From positions 896,001 to 960,000 of the forward strand of contig JBHYGA010000001.1 in the NCBI GenBank assembly GCA_051859245.1: 64,000 nucleotides of DNA, written 5' to 3'. This DNA comes from Gemmatimonadaceae bacterium (GTDB lineage: Bacteria > Gemmatimonadota > Gemmatimonadetes > Gemmatimonadales > Gemmatimonadaceae). Below the pieces are notes generated by a model. It was not told the DNA's origin and did no database searches. It saw only the letters and a list, made by a program, of their open reading frames with translations. Position 1 is the stretch's first letter, and each line of letters opens with the position of its first letter. Shown piece after piece: positions 30,981 to 41,336 of the stretch. The translations under genes were made by a program, and so were the position numbers.

Positions 30981-31648
30981 ACGTTTTCTGACGGCGGCTC
31001 GTCGCGGAGCGGCGTGGCAATCAGGTGGCGAATGAGCTCACCGGCCCAGCCGCCCGAGTCGCCGCTCATGACGTCGCGGTGGCTCGCGTGTTGAAGCTCG
31101 CCGTGCTCGTACCAGCGAATAACCGTTTCCTCGCTGCCCTCGGCGCCCGACTCGCCTTCCAGGTCGAGTCCAAAATGTGAACCCAGATCGACGTCGCGAA
31201 TATCCGTGGCCGACAGTCGTACTGTCGCGAACTGCGGCACGCGCTCGAGCAACACGCAAATCGTTTCGATGGGCACCTGCGCCGCGAACGCCGCCTCCGT
31301 GAACACGACGCGAGTTTCGGTCTTGGCCAGCGTCTCCCGTACCCGTTGCAGCGAATCTTGTGGATCGAGCACGTGGAGTGCCTGACCGTCGCTGCTCATT
31401 CGGTGCAGCAAATCGCGCGGATCGAGAACCAGCAACGCATGGCCATCGCTCGCGCCGAGTGCTGTCACGAGCGCCGCACTGGGTAGGAGCAGGGCCGCCG
31501 GCGAGGAATCCGCGAGCGCCCGCACGAGCGGCGGACAGCGCTGCAGCAGCGTGAGTCCGGCGGCGATGAGTGCCCGGGCGGAATGTCCATCAACTGATCC
31601 GCCCACCGCAGCAATTGCGTAGGGCACGTACGACATAGGGTTCGACAT
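30977..31648 (-). CDS. Hypothetical protein, possibly a degenerate acyl-CoA ligase N-terminal fragment
   Basis: Only long ORF in the gap, with TAGTCT 8 nt upstream of ATG. Weak resemblance to adenylate-forming N-terminal regions. Confidence 0.55.
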   Translation of the reverse strand: MSNPMSYVPYAIAAVGGSVDGHSARALIAAGLTLLQRCPPLVRALADSSPAALLLPSAALVTALGASDGHALLVLDPRDLLHRMSSDGQALHVLDPQDSLQRVRETLAKTETRVVFTEAAFAAQVPIETICVLLERVPQFATVRLSATDIRDVDLGSHFGLDLEGESGAEGSEETVIRWYEHGELQHASHRDVMSGDSGGWAGELIRHLIATPLRDEPPSENV

Positions 31649-31844
31649 GATCACCCAGACTAGTGGAAAATGTGCGATTTGTCACCGACACGCATTGGGC
31701 CACGGTTGTAACGGCAGGACGGTCTCGGGCGTCCTTGTAACGCAATGGCAGCAGTCGCCCTCCCCGAGTGTGTCCCCGAGCGTCAACTCGTTTATATTTC
31801 ATGGTTTACCGCATTTTACCGCGCTCTGGCGCGCGCGAGGATTC

Positions 31845-33221
31845 ATGGCGTTTGACGGCTTGATGGTAAGTGTCTCCGGAGTCCGGGGGCGTGTTGGTGA
31901 GGCGCTCACGCCGGAGGTCATGGCGACCTACGCGGCGGCCTTTGGCGCCTGGGCGACTCGGCGTCACCCAGGCCGACCGGTGATCGTGGGACGGGATAGT
32001 CGCGTGAGCGGCGAGATGTTCACCCGGATCGTGCATGGCGCCCTGGAGTCTGTCGGCTGCCATGTCATCGACATCGGCATGGTGCCCACCCCCACGGTGC
32101 AGATGGAAGTGGAGCATCACCACGCCGCCGGCGGACTCGCGATTACGGCGAGCCACAACCCGATCGAGTGGAACGCGCTCAAGTTCATTGGGTCGTCTGG
32201 TCTGTTCCTGTCGGCTGCGGAGGGCGCCGAGATGCGCGCGCTGCTGGAGACGGGCATTCCGCGGGCGACGTGGGATAAGCTTGGTCGCGTTGAGTTCGAT
32301 ACGCAGGCCATTGCTCGCCATCTCGACGCCGTGCTCGCGCTGCCGTTTCTGGATGTGAGCGCCATTCGCGCCAAACAGTTTCACGTGGCACTCGATTGTT
32401 GTCACGGCGCGGGTAGTCGCATCATGCCGCAGTTGCTCGAGCGGCTCGGTTGCACCGTGTCCGCGATTGGTATGGACGCCGACGGAAAGTTTCCGCGTCC
32501 TCCAGAGCCAGTGGCCGAGAATCTTGGTGAGCTCAGTGCGCTCGTGCGCGAGTCCGGTGCGGTGATTGGTCTGGCCACCGATCCTGATGTTGATCGTCTC
32601 GCGCTGGTCGATGAAACGGGCCGGCCGATTGGCGAAGACTACACATTGGCGTTCGCGGTGCGCGCGGTGCTGCCGTCGCGACCGGGCAGTGTGGTCACGA
32701 ATCTCAGCACGAGCAAAGTGGTGCAGGACGCCGCGCAGGATGGCGGTGCGCGCTTTCAGTTTGCACCCGTTGGCGAAGTGAACGTTGCACTCGCCATGCG
32801 CGACGCGGGTTCAACTATCGGTGGTGAAGGCAACGGTGGTGTGATTCTGCCGGAGCTGCATCTCGGTCGTGATGCGCCGGTGGCCGTTGCGCTGGTATTG
32901 CATCTGCTCGCGACGTCAAGCGAGAAGGTGTCCGCGCTCGTAGCGGCGCATCCGCGTTACGTCATTGTGAAAGACAAGCTTGATCGTCCCGACGCGCCAC
33001 TCACCGCGGTGTATGCGGCGCTGCGTGAACGTTTTCCGGATGCCGTGGCAGATACACAAGACGGACTGCGCCTTGATTGGCCCGACCGGTGGGTGCATCT
33101 GCGCCCATCCGGCACGGAGCCGATCGTGCGCGTTATTGCGGAAGGTCCAACGGAAGCCGCGGCGCGACAGCTGGTTGCTGACGCGCGCGAACCGTTGTCG
33201 GCGCTCGTTGGCGCGTCGTAA
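31845..33221 (+). CDS. glmM: Phosphoglucosamine mutase / phosphohexomutase
   Basis: GRDSR, TASHNP, DPDVDR, GEGNGG and RPSGTEP. Directly upstream of glmS. Confidence 0.88.
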   Translation: MAFDGLMVSVSGVRGRVGEALTPEVMATYAAAFGAWATRRHPGRPVIVGRDSRVSGEMFTRIVHGALESVGCHVIDIGMVPTPTVQMEVEHHHAAGGLAITASHNPIEWNALKFIGSSGLFLSAAEGAEMRALLETGIPRATWDKLGRVEFDTQAIARHLDAVLALPFLDVSAIRAKQFHVALDCCHGAGSRIMPQLLERLGCTVSAIGMDADGKFPRPPEPVAENLGELSALVRESGAVIGLATDPDVDRLALVDETGRPIGEDYTLAFAVRAVLPSRPGSVVTNLSTSKVVQDAAQDGGARFQFAPVGEVNVALAMRDAGSTIGGEGNGGVILPELHLGRDAPVAVALVLHLLATSSEKVSALVAAHPRYVIVKDKLDRPDAPLTAVYAALRERFPDAVADTQDGLRLDWPDRWVHLRPSGTEPIVRVIAEGPTEAAARQLVADAREPLSALVGAS

Positions 33222-33254
33222 CTGTCCTGTTCTCACTCGTAACCCAGCACCACT

Positions 33255-35081
33255 ATGTGCGGCATCGTCGGATACGTCGGACCGAAAATCGCAACACCAA
33301 TCCTGATCGACGGACTCAAGCGCCTCGAATATCGCGGCTATGATTCCGCCGGTGTTGCCGTGATGAACGGCAAGGGCGTGGAGACGCGCAAAGCGGCTGG
33401 CAAGATTGCACGCCTTGAACAGGCGATTTTTGACGATCCGCCAAACGGCACGATGGGCATTGGCCACACGCGTTGGGCCACGCATGGACCGCCAACCACC
33501 ACGAACGCCCATCCGCACGCCAGTCACAACGGCACAATTGCCGTGGTGCACAACGGCATCATTGAAAACGCCACCACGCTCAAACGCTCGCTCGAAGCGC
33601 GCGGGTACGTGTTCAAGTCGGATACCGATACCGAAGTGCTCGCGCATCTCATTGAAGCGGCGTACGCCGGTAATCTTGAAGCCGCCGTCATCGAAGCGCT
33701 TCATCAGGTCGACGGTACCTACGGCATGGCCGTGATCTGCAGCATGGAGCCGGACAAAATCGTAGCCGCGCGCAAGGGCAGTCCGTTGCTGGTCGGGCTC
33801 GGCGACGGCGAATACTATTTGGCGTCCGACGCCAGCGCCGTGCTTTCGCACACCCGCCAGGTGGTCTATCTCGACGACGACGAAGTGGCCGTGCTCACGC
33901 GCGACGGTTACAAGATTCTCGATCTTGACGCATCACTGCAGGACAAGCCGGTGAGCCGCATTGACTGGGACCTCGCACAGATTGAGCGCGGCGGATACCA
34001 GCACTTCATGCTCAAGGAAATTTTTGAGCAGCCCACTACGATCACCGATACCATGCGTGGTCGTTTGCTCGTGGACGAAGGGTTCTCCAAGCTTGGCGGC
34101 ATCAACATTCTTGAAGAGGACCTCAAGGCTGTTGACAACGTGGTGATCACCGCGTGTGGTACGAGCTGGCACTCGGCGCTCATTGGCAAGCTCATGATCG
34201 AAGAGCTATGCCGTATCCCCGTAGCCGTCGAGTACGCGTCCGAGTTCCGTTATCGCAATCCGATTGTGCGGCCGAACTCGTTGTGCATTGTGATTTCGCA
34301 GTCTGGCGAAACCGCAGATACGCTTGCCGCGATGCGCGAAGCCAAGCGCCGTGGTGCGCGCACGATGGGCTTGGTCAACGTGGTGGGTTCTACGATTGCG
34401 CGTGAATCAGATGGCGGTATCTATCTGCACGCCGGTCCGGAAATTGGTGTGGCGAGCACCAAGGCGTTCACTAGTCAGGTGGTGGCGTTGGTGCTGTTCA
34501 CACTGAAGATGGCGCGCCTTCGCGACATGTCGGTGGAGAAGGGGCGTGAAATCGCGCAGGCACTGGCCGCGCTGCCGGCGCAGGTGCAGTCGATCCTCGA
34601 TCGCGCGCAGGAAATCGAAAACATCGCCGAAGAGTTCAAGCGCGCGTCGAACTTTTTGTACCTCGGTCGCGGCTACAACTTCCCGGCCGCGCTCGAAGGC
34701 GCGCTCAAGCTCAAAGAAATCAGCTACATCCACGCGGAAGGCTATCCTGCCGCCGAGATGAAGCATGGTCCGATTGCACTCATCGACGAAATGATGCCGG
34801 TGGTGTTCATTGCGCCGCACGATGCGGTGTTCGACAAGATCACGTCGAACATTCAGGAAGTGAAAGCGCGCAAGGGCAAGATCATTGCGATCACCACGCG
34901 TGAAGAAGAAGCGCTTGAGGGACTCATCGACTACGAGTTCCGCGTGCCGGAAACGATCGATCTGCTCACGCCCGTGCTGGCGTCAGTGCCGCTGCAGTTG
35001 CTGGCGTATTACATCGCGGTGAAGCGTGGGTGTAACGTAGACCAGCCGCGGAATCTGGCGAAGTCGGTGACGGTGGAGTGA
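33255..35081 (+). CDS. glmS: Glutamine-fructose-6-phosphate aminotransferase
   Basis: MCGIVG, GHTRWATHG, SQSGETAD and PRNLAKSVTVE. Confidence 0.99.
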   Translation: MCGIVGYVGPKIATPILIDGLKRLEYRGYDSAGVAVMNGKGVETRKAAGKIARLEQAIFDDPPNGTMGIGHTRWATHGPPTTTNAHPHASHNGTIAVVHNGIIENATTLKRSLEARGYVFKSDTDTEVLAHLIEAAYAGNLEAAVIEALHQVDGTYGMAVICSMEPDKIVAARKGSPLLVGLGDGEYYLASDASAVLSHTRQVVYLDDDEVAVLTRDGYKILDLDASLQDKPVSRIDWDLAQIERGGYQHFMLKEIFEQPTTITDTMRGRLLVDEGFSKLGGINILEEDLKAVDNVVITACGTSWHSALIGKLMIEELCRIPVAVEYASEFRYRNPIVRPNSLCIVISQSGETADTLAAMREAKRRGARTMGLVNVVGSTIARESDGGIYLHAGPEIGVASTKAFTSQVVALVLFTLKMARLRDMSVEKGREIAQALAALPAQVQSILDRAQEIENIAEEFKRASNFLYLGRGYNFPAALEGALKLKEISYIHAEGYPAAEMKHGPIALIDEMMPVVFIAPHDAVFDKITSNIQEVKARKGKIIAITTREEEALEGLIDYEFRVPETIDLLTPVLASVPLQLLAYYIAVKRGCNVDQPRNLAKSVTVE

Positions 35082-35149
35082 GCCAGCAGAGATGAAACGC
35101 AGCCCCGGCTTGTGCGTATTCTTGGGGTGCGCTCAAACACCCTAAATCG

Positions 35150-36811
35150 TTGATCGCCGCGTCGCTGATTGCCGGAGTGCTCCTCTTGGGCAGTGCCGGC
35201 GGCTTCTGGCACAACGCGCGTCGTCGGCGCTCGCGCCTCTCCTCCGTTCGCGCTGACTGGGGCCGAGTCCGTCAGGTCGAAGCGCTCGATGACCACACGA
35301 TTAATGAGGCGTGGGTTGCGCTCGGTGACTCGGCCTCGGCAGACACGCTCGACGAGCGCACCTGGTCAGACCTGGATCTCGATCGGGTGATGGCCGCCAT
35401 CGATCACACGCGAACCGGTTTCGGTCGACAGCTGCTGTACCGACAGTTGCGGAGTGCACGTCCGTGGTCTGCGTCATCAACGCTTGAGAGTATCGCTTTC
35501 CGAAGTGCCAGCGACCAGCGCTTTCGCGAGGCACTGGCGATGCCGCTGGCGATGGCGGGACGATCGTTAGGCCGCGGGTTCTGGCGCATCACGCGAGTGG
35601 ACGCAATCTCAGTGCGATGGTGGTACGCCGTGTTTCCAGTGCTTGCAACGCTCATGCTTTGTGCACTGATCGCGGTTGCCTTCGATCCGCGAGCGTTGCT
35701 CGCTGTGGCTGTTCTGGCGGTCGTCAATATGGGGGCGCGTGTGGCCGCCTCATGGCAGGTCCCCGGATTACTGGTACCGATGCAGCAGTTGGGTACCACA
35801 ATCTCTGTAGCCGAACGACTCGTTGCGGTAGGTGGACTGGCCCCAGATGCCGTGCAACCGATAGAGCACTACGTGAAGCAGCTTGCGCCGCTGCGACGAA
35901 TCGCGTGGTGGGTGAGCCGAGACGCCGCGAGTGCCGGCGAGCTCGCGGCTGGTGCGTGGGAATATCTGAATCTTCTGTTTCTGCTCGACGCGAATGCACT
36001 GCTGTTCACCGCGCGACATCTGCGGCGACTGTCGAATCAACTTCGCGAGGTCGCGATTTGGATTGGCGAGGTGGACGTCGCGCTGAGTGTGGCGTCGCTT
36101 CGGGCCGAGCCGCGACCGTGGTGTGTACCGCAGTGGACGAGCGACCCAGGCGCGCGCGTGCAAGGCGCGTGGCACCCGCTGGTCGAGAATCCGGTAGCCA
36201 ACGATGCGGAGTTACGCATGGGTACCGGGCTGGTGATCACCGGCGCCAACATGTCGGGCAAAAGCACATATCTCCGATCGCTCGGAATAGCCGCCGTGCT
36301 CGCTCGCACTCTGGAAACGTGCCCCGCCGAATCATGGATTGGTTCGACATTCGTTGTGCGCAGCTTGATCGGGCGCAACGATGATCTCGCCGCCGGAAAG
36401 AGTTACTACCAGGTTGAAGCGGAGGGAGTGGTGGAGTTGCTCCGGCACTCGCGCGCGGCGGTGCCAACGCTCTTCCTGCTTGACGAACTGCTGCGAGGCA
36501 CCAATACCGTTGAGCGCCTTGCTGCGGGCGAAGCGGTGCTGCGTGGACTGCTCACCAACGAGCAAGGCATCAGCAACCACGTTGTTGCAGTGGCGTCACA
36601 CGATGGTGAGCTGGTACGCATGCTCCGCGATCTGTTCCGTCCGATTCATTTTCGAGAGACCGTGGCAGACGGGATGCTACAGTTTGATTTCAAGCGACAT
36701 GACGGGCCAGCAACCACGCGTACCGCGATTGCATTGCTGCAGGCAGCCGGTGCGAGTGATGAGGTGGTGCAAATGGCGCGACGTCGAGCAACAGAACTGG
36801 ACGGGAACTGA
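35150..36811 (+). CDS. Membrane-associated MutS-family ATPase (domain V), lacking mismatch-recognition domains
   Basis: TWSDLDLD, TM pair, Walker A GANMSGKS, SYYQVE, LDELLRGTNTVER and SHD. Start uncertain. Confidence 0.82.
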   Translation: MIAASLIAGVLLLGSAGGFWHNARRRRSRLSSVRADWGRVRQVEALDDHTINEAWVALGDSASADTLDERTWSDLDLDRVMAAIDHTRTGFGRQLLYRQLRSARPWSASSTLESIAFRSASDQRFREALAMPLAMAGRSLGRGFWRITRVDAISVRWWYAVFPVLATLMLCALIAVAFDPRALLAVAVLAVVNMGARVAASWQVPGLLVPMQQLGTTISVAERLVAVGGLAPDAVQPIEHYVKQLAPLRRIAWWVSRDAASAGELAAGAWEYLNLLFLLDANALLFTARHLRRLSNQLREVAIWIGEVDVALSVASLRAEPRPWCVPQWTSDPGARVQGAWHPLVENPVANDAELRMGTGLVITGANMSGKSTYLRSLGIAAVLARTLETCPAESWIGSTFVVRSLIGRNDDLAAGKSYYQVEAEGVVELLRHSRAAVPTLFLLDELLRGTNTVERLAAGEAVLRGLLTNEQGISNHVVAVASHDGELVRMLRDLFRPIHFRETVADGMLQFDFKRHDGPATTRTAIALLQAAGASDEVVQMARRRATELDGN

Positions 36812-36945
36812 CTTCGGTCTCGGGTCGCACGTTGCGCGTACGTTCGTGGTTGCGGGCGTGTGCAGCGCACTGCCGGTTTGACTTTTGCTCGCCTCAGCAA
36901 CTCAATCGATGTAAATTGAGTGGATGCTGATCATCACTGCCTGAC

Positions 36946-37419
36946 ATGCGCGTGCTCCTGCAACGCGTCTCCCGCGCTGAAGTTCGGGTGCGCCCGGAAC
37001 AAGGCGCGCCGCCCTACGTGAGTGGCCGGATCGGCCGTGGCTTCGTACTACTGGTCGGCATCACGCATACCGACACCCAGGCCGAGGTGCGCTGGATGGC
37101 CGAGAAGGTGGCGGGGCTCCGACTCTTCGCAGACGCTGAAGACAAGCTCAATCTCTCGCTGGCCGATGTGCAGGGCGCAGCACTCGTCGTGTCGCAGTTC
37201 ACGCTCTACGGTGATGCCCGCAAAGGGCGCCGTCCGAGCTTTGTGGACGCGGCGCGGCCGGAACTCGCGGTTCCGCTCTACGAACGTTTTGTCGCGCTGC
37301 TGCGTGAACAATCGATCCCCGTGGCCACCGGCGAGTTCGGCGCCATGATGGATGTGGACCTGGTGAACGACGGCCCCGTGACGCTCTGGCTTGAGCGCGA
37401 AGCCACGTCGGCACCCTGA
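36946..37419 (+). CDS. dtd: D-aminoacyl-tRNA deacylase
   Basis: QRVSRA, VSQFTL, GRRPSF and NDGPVT. Confidence 0.96.
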   Translation: MRVLLQRVSRAEVRVRPEQGAPPYVSGRIGRGFVLLVGITHTDTQAEVRWMAEKVAGLRLFADAEDKLNLSLADVQGAALVVSQFTLYGDARKGRRPSFVDAARPELAVPLYERFVALLREQSIPVATGEFGAMMDVDLVNDGPVTLWLEREATSAP

Positions 37420-37448
37420 CAAGCACACTCTCCCTGAACCCTCGTTCA

Positions 37449-40007
37449 ATGATGTCTCTGAATCGACCGCGCTCGTACGCGCTGTTGGTGGCCGCTGCGA
37501 TGATGGCAGCTGCAGCCACTCCATGGGCAATCGCGTACGCGCAGAGCCCGTCGCGCGGCACGCCTGCGCCTCAGCGCAGCAGCGCCGTTCGAGCGACCGC
37601 AGATCGCTGGCAAGACGCCGAGCTCGCCTGGCAAGCCGGTGACTACGTGCGATCGCTGGGCGAGCTGGCAGCTGTGCTGCGCGCGCAAGACGCCGCGGAT
37701 TTTCGCGAGCGTGTTGCGCTGCTGACGGGAGAGAACTGGGAGACAACCCTGGTGGCGGAAAACGCACGCGCACCGCGTTGGTCACCCGATGGCAAGCGCG
37801 CGGTGTTTGAAACGGGCACGGGGGCGGCGCGTGTGTCGCGTGTGGTCGAGGTGAAAGAAGGATTTCCTGTCGTCGCAGAAGTTGCGGCGGGTGGTGTGGT
37901 GTTCTCACCCAATGGTTTGAACATTGCGTACATCAGGGGACAAGGTGCCGAGGCGCGCGTGGTGATCCGCGAGATCGGAAAGACGAATGAGGCGGTTACC
38001 TTGCTTGGGCTGGTCCCCGCCCAAGTCGTATTCCTGAGAGATCAGTCGTTGCTTGTTGTCGCCGCACCGTCGGACAGCGTGCGCACTTCGCTGTATCGCG
38101 TTGATGGCAGCGCTGCGCCAGTCCGAGTGAGCAGAACAGACGCAGTGGTGGCCGATGTACGCCTGAGCCGAGACGGACGCACCGCGATGTACACGGTTGG
38201 TGGCCGCAGCCCCCTGCAGATCGCGACTGGGCGTGGGTTCGCAGCCGTGCCGGCGGAGCGTACGTTTGCGCTGCTGAACCTGGACACCGGCGAAGAGCGA
38301 GTGATCGCTGGTGAATCGCCCGTGATGTCTGCAGACGGAACCACCGTTGCGTACATCACTCGCAACGACTCGCTGCTGCACATTGAGATGCTCGGCACGG
38401 CAAACGGATCCACACCGAGCAAAGTGTATACCACCAACACACCAATCTCGGGACTTGCGATAGCACCAGACGGCTCGCGCGCCACGTTTCAGCAAATGCT
38501 GCGCGAAGACTGGGAGTTGTTTACTGTCGCGCGCGGCGGCGGCGAGCCAGAGCGCGTGACGCGCGAAATCCAGCACGACCTGATGCCGCAGTGGCTCACC
38601 AATGAAAAGCTGCTGGCCGTGATGGGCGAAGCGCGTCATCGCCGCTCATACCTGTACACCGGCGGACGGCGCATTCGACTGTTCCACAACAACACCGTGC
38701 GCACCATTGCGCCGGAGTACGAGTGGGCGCCAAGCCCTGATGGCAGCAAGCTGCTGATTGTGGCCGAACGCGACGGTGATACGGTGACACCGCATCGCTT
38801 TCTCTGGTGCATGGATCTCACGCGCGAAGTCTCGCTTGCTTCGCTGCGTGAACGCGTAGACGGGAATCTCGCCGCGGAGCGCGCACTGCGTGTGGCGGGC
38901 GAAAAGGCCTTCGCACCGATCTCGCGCGATGTGGCGCAGGCAGTTGCCGACGTAGGCACCGACCGCGTGTACAAGTACGCGTTTGACCTCTTTGCGTTTG
39001 ACTCCAAGCACGTGTCGCAGCCGGGCAACGCGAAAGCGCGCACGTATCTTGCCAACACGTATCGCAGCTTTGGCCTCGACAGCGTGTATGAGCAGCCCTT
39101 CGAAGCGCGTGGTGCGGTGAATCAGCCCACTACGCCGACGGCGAATATTCTGGCTGTGCTGCCGGGTACCACGCATCCCGAGCTGGTGTACGTGATCTCG
39201 AGCCACTTTGACTCGCGCGCGCAGGGGCCCGGTGCCGATGACAACACCTCAGGTACATCCGTGTTGCTCGAAGCCGCTCGCGTACTCGCGAAACGTCCTC
39301 AAGCCGCCACAATCATCTTTGCGTCACTCACTGGCGAGGAATCGGGATTGCTCGGCTCGCGCGAGTTTGTGCGCGTGGCCAAAGCGAGCAACATGCAGCT
39401 GGCCGGCGTGCTGAACAACGATATGGTAGGCTGGGCTAACGATCAGCGTCTCGACAATACGATCCGCTACTCCAACCTCGGCATTCGCGATTTGCAGCAC
39501 GCAGCGGCGATTCAGTTTTCGAAACTGATCACGTATGACGCGTTCTACTACAAGAGCACTGACGCGCAGGCCTTCTACGACGGCTATGGCGATGTGGTGG
39601 GCGGCATCGGGTCATATCCGGTGTTGGGCAATCCGCACTACCATCAGCCGCACGACGTGCTGGAAACGATCAACCATCAGCTCGTGGCTGAAGTCACGAA
39701 GACAACGGTGGCCTCGATCATGTATCTCGCGTCGGCGCCGTCGCGACTCGCGGACGTGAAAGTCACGACAACGGGTGCACAGAGCGCGGAAGTTCTGTGG
39801 CGCGCGAGCCCCGAGCGTGACGTCGCGAGGTACGTGGTGACGTGGGGAACGGCAGCCGAGCCAGCCAAGTATCGCAAAGAAGTCACGGCGCCACGTGCAG
39901 TGCTGGACAACGCACCCGCGGGCACCGTGGTCGCCGTGAAGGCGATCAACAAGCGCGGACTCGAGGGTTGGGACTGGGCGCGCGGTGTGGTGGGAACCGC
40001 GCGTTAA
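37449..40007 (+). CDS. Secreted M28 peptidase with TolB-like beta-propeller and FN3-like C-terminus
   Basis: Signal peptide, SPDG repeats, SHFDS, GADDNTSG, GEESGL, NNDM and YHQPHD. Confidence 0.87.
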   Translation: MMSLNRPRSYALLVAAAMMAAAATPWAIAYAQSPSRGTPAPQRSSAVRATADRWQDAELAWQAGDYVRSLGELAAVLRAQDAADFRERVALLTGENWETTLVAENARAPRWSPDGKRAVFETGTGAARVSRVVEVKEGFPVVAEVAAGGVVFSPNGLNIAYIRGQGAEARVVIREIGKTNEAVTLLGLVPAQVVFLRDQSLLVVAAPSDSVRTSLYRVDGSAAPVRVSRTDAVVADVRLSRDGRTAMYTVGGRSPLQIATGRGFAAVPAERTFALLNLDTGEERVIAGESPVMSADGTTVAYITRNDSLLHIEMLGTANGSTPSKVYTTNTPISGLAIAPDGSRATFQQMLREDWELFTVARGGGEPERVTREIQHDLMPQWLTNEKLLAVMGEARHRRSYLYTGGRRIRLFHNNTVRTIAPEYEWAPSPDGSKLLIVAERDGDTVTPHRFLWCMDLTREVSLASLRERVDGNLAAERALRVAGEKAFAPISRDVAQAVADVGTDRVYKYAFDLFAFDSKHVSQPGNAKARTYLANTYRSFGLDSVYEQPFEARGAVNQPTTPTANILAVLPGTTHPELVYVISSHFDSRAQGPGADDNTSGTSVLLEAARVLAKRPQAATIIFASLTGEESGLLGSREFVRVAKASNMQLAGVLNNDMVGWANDQRLDNTIRYSNLGIRDLQHAAAIQFSKLITYDAFYYKSTDAQAFYDGYGDVVGGIGSYPVLGNPHYHQPHDVLETINHQLVAEVTKTTVASIMYLASAPSRLADVKVTTTGAQSAEVLWRASPERDVARYVVTWGTAAEPAKYRKEVTAPRAVLDNAPAGTVVAVKAINKRGLEGWDWARGVVGTAR

Positions 40008-40092
40008 TCAGGCAGCTGGAACGGTCGTCGCTCGCATCGTTTTGTCCGGTTGTTTTTTCGGATCACTGCGCGCCTCGAGCGACGGCCCACTC

Positions 40093-41271
40093 CTATCGCG
40101 AACTCGCGAGCGCCTGTTCAATGTCCGCGATCACATCACCCACGTGCTCAAGCCCAACGCTCACGCGCACGAGCCCGGGCACAATGCCCACGCGCTGACG
40201 CTCGTCTTCGGTCAGCTTGGAATGCGTGGTGCTGGTTGGATGCGTGACAATCGTGCGCGTATCGCCAAGGTTCGGCGAGTGTGAGCAGAGTGTTAGCGCA
40301 TCAAGGAACCGGCGGCATCGTTCAATGCCGCCGCGCAGCACCAGCACCACAATGCCACCACCGGCGCGCATCTGTTGCTGCGCCAGCGCGTACTGTGGGT
40401 GCGATGGCAGGAACGGATAGCGCACGCCTTCCACGTCGGCGTGCCCCTCAAAGTGGCTGGCGAGAGACAGCGCGTTCGCACAGTGCCGGTCCATGCGCAC
40501 GGCGAGCGTTTCAAGACTCTTGGACAACATCCACGCGTTGAACGGCGACAACGCGGGACCGGTGTGCCGCGCAAAGAAACGCGCGTCGGCGATCATGGCC
40601 TTGTCGCCAATAATCGCACCACCAAGCGTGCGCCCCTGACCATCAATGAACTTGGTGGCCGAGTGTACGACGAGTGACGCGCCGTATTCGAGCGGCCGCT
40701 GCAGATACGGTGTGGCAAAACAGTTGTCAACGATGAGTGGAATGCCGCGTTCTCGCGCTAATGCACCGAGCCATGCCAGATCCACGAGCTCAAGACCCGG
40801 GTTCGATGGCGTCTCCACGAACAACAGCTTCGTATTCGGCGTGATCTGCGACGTCCACGTATCGGGATTGCTTGCGTCGGCATAACTGAACGACACACCC
40901 CACTTAGGCAGAATGCGCGTGAGAATCTGGTGCGTTGATCCAAACAGCGCCCGCGACGCGAGCACATGATCACCGCTCGACAAGCGCGACGCCAGCGACG
41001 TAAACACCGCCGCCATGCCCGAGGCCGTGGCGATACCGTCTTCGCCGCCTTCGAGTGCGCACAGCTTATGCACGAACTCATCCGTGTTCGGATTGGCGTA
41101 ACGGCTGTACACATTGCCGTCGATCTCGTCGCTGAAGAGCGCCCGGGCCTGTTCGGCACTGTCAAACACAAAGCTGGACGTCATGAACAGCGGCACCGAG
41201 TGCTCGCGCTCGGCCGAGCGAGGGACCTGCGTGCGAATGGCGGCGGTCTCGAAGTGGCGCGGCTCGGTCAT
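40093..41271 (-). CDS. metZ: O-succinylhomoserine sulfhydrylase
   Basis: YSRYANP, ETPSNP, VDNCFATP, SATKFIDGQGR and NLGDTR. Confidence 0.85.
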   Translation of the reverse strand: MTEPRHFETAAIRTQVPRSAEREHSVPLFMTSSFVFDSAEQARALFSDEIDGNVYSRYANPNTDEFVHKLCALEGGEDGIATASGMAAVFTSLASRLSSGDHVLASRALFGSTHQILTRILPKWGVSFSYADASNPDTWTSQITPNTKLLFVETPSNPGLELVDLAWLGALARERGIPLIVDNCFATPYLQRPLEYGASLVVHSATKFIDGQGRTLGGAIIGDKAMIADARFFARHTGPALSPFNAWMLSKSLETLAVRMDRHCANALSLASHFEGHADVEGVRYPFLPSHPQYALAQQQMRAGGGIVVLVLRGGIERCRRFLDALTLCSHSPNLGDTRTIVTHPTSTTHSKLTEDERQRVGIVPGLVRVSVGLEHVGDVIADIEQALASSR

Positions 41272-41336
41272 GCGGGGCTCCGGCGCGGTACGCGCCTCAC
41301 TGGTCCGGGATAGTTGCTGCTTAGTATTTTACACGC

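Noticed and set aside
33222..33254. glmS ribozyme
   Set aside because: Only 33 bp separate glmM and glmS, too short, and no conserved core is present.
28600..41271. Two Cys/Met PLP enzymes as a recent duplication
   Set aside because: They are distinct subfamilies (cystathionine synthase/lyase and MetZ) that commonly co-occur.
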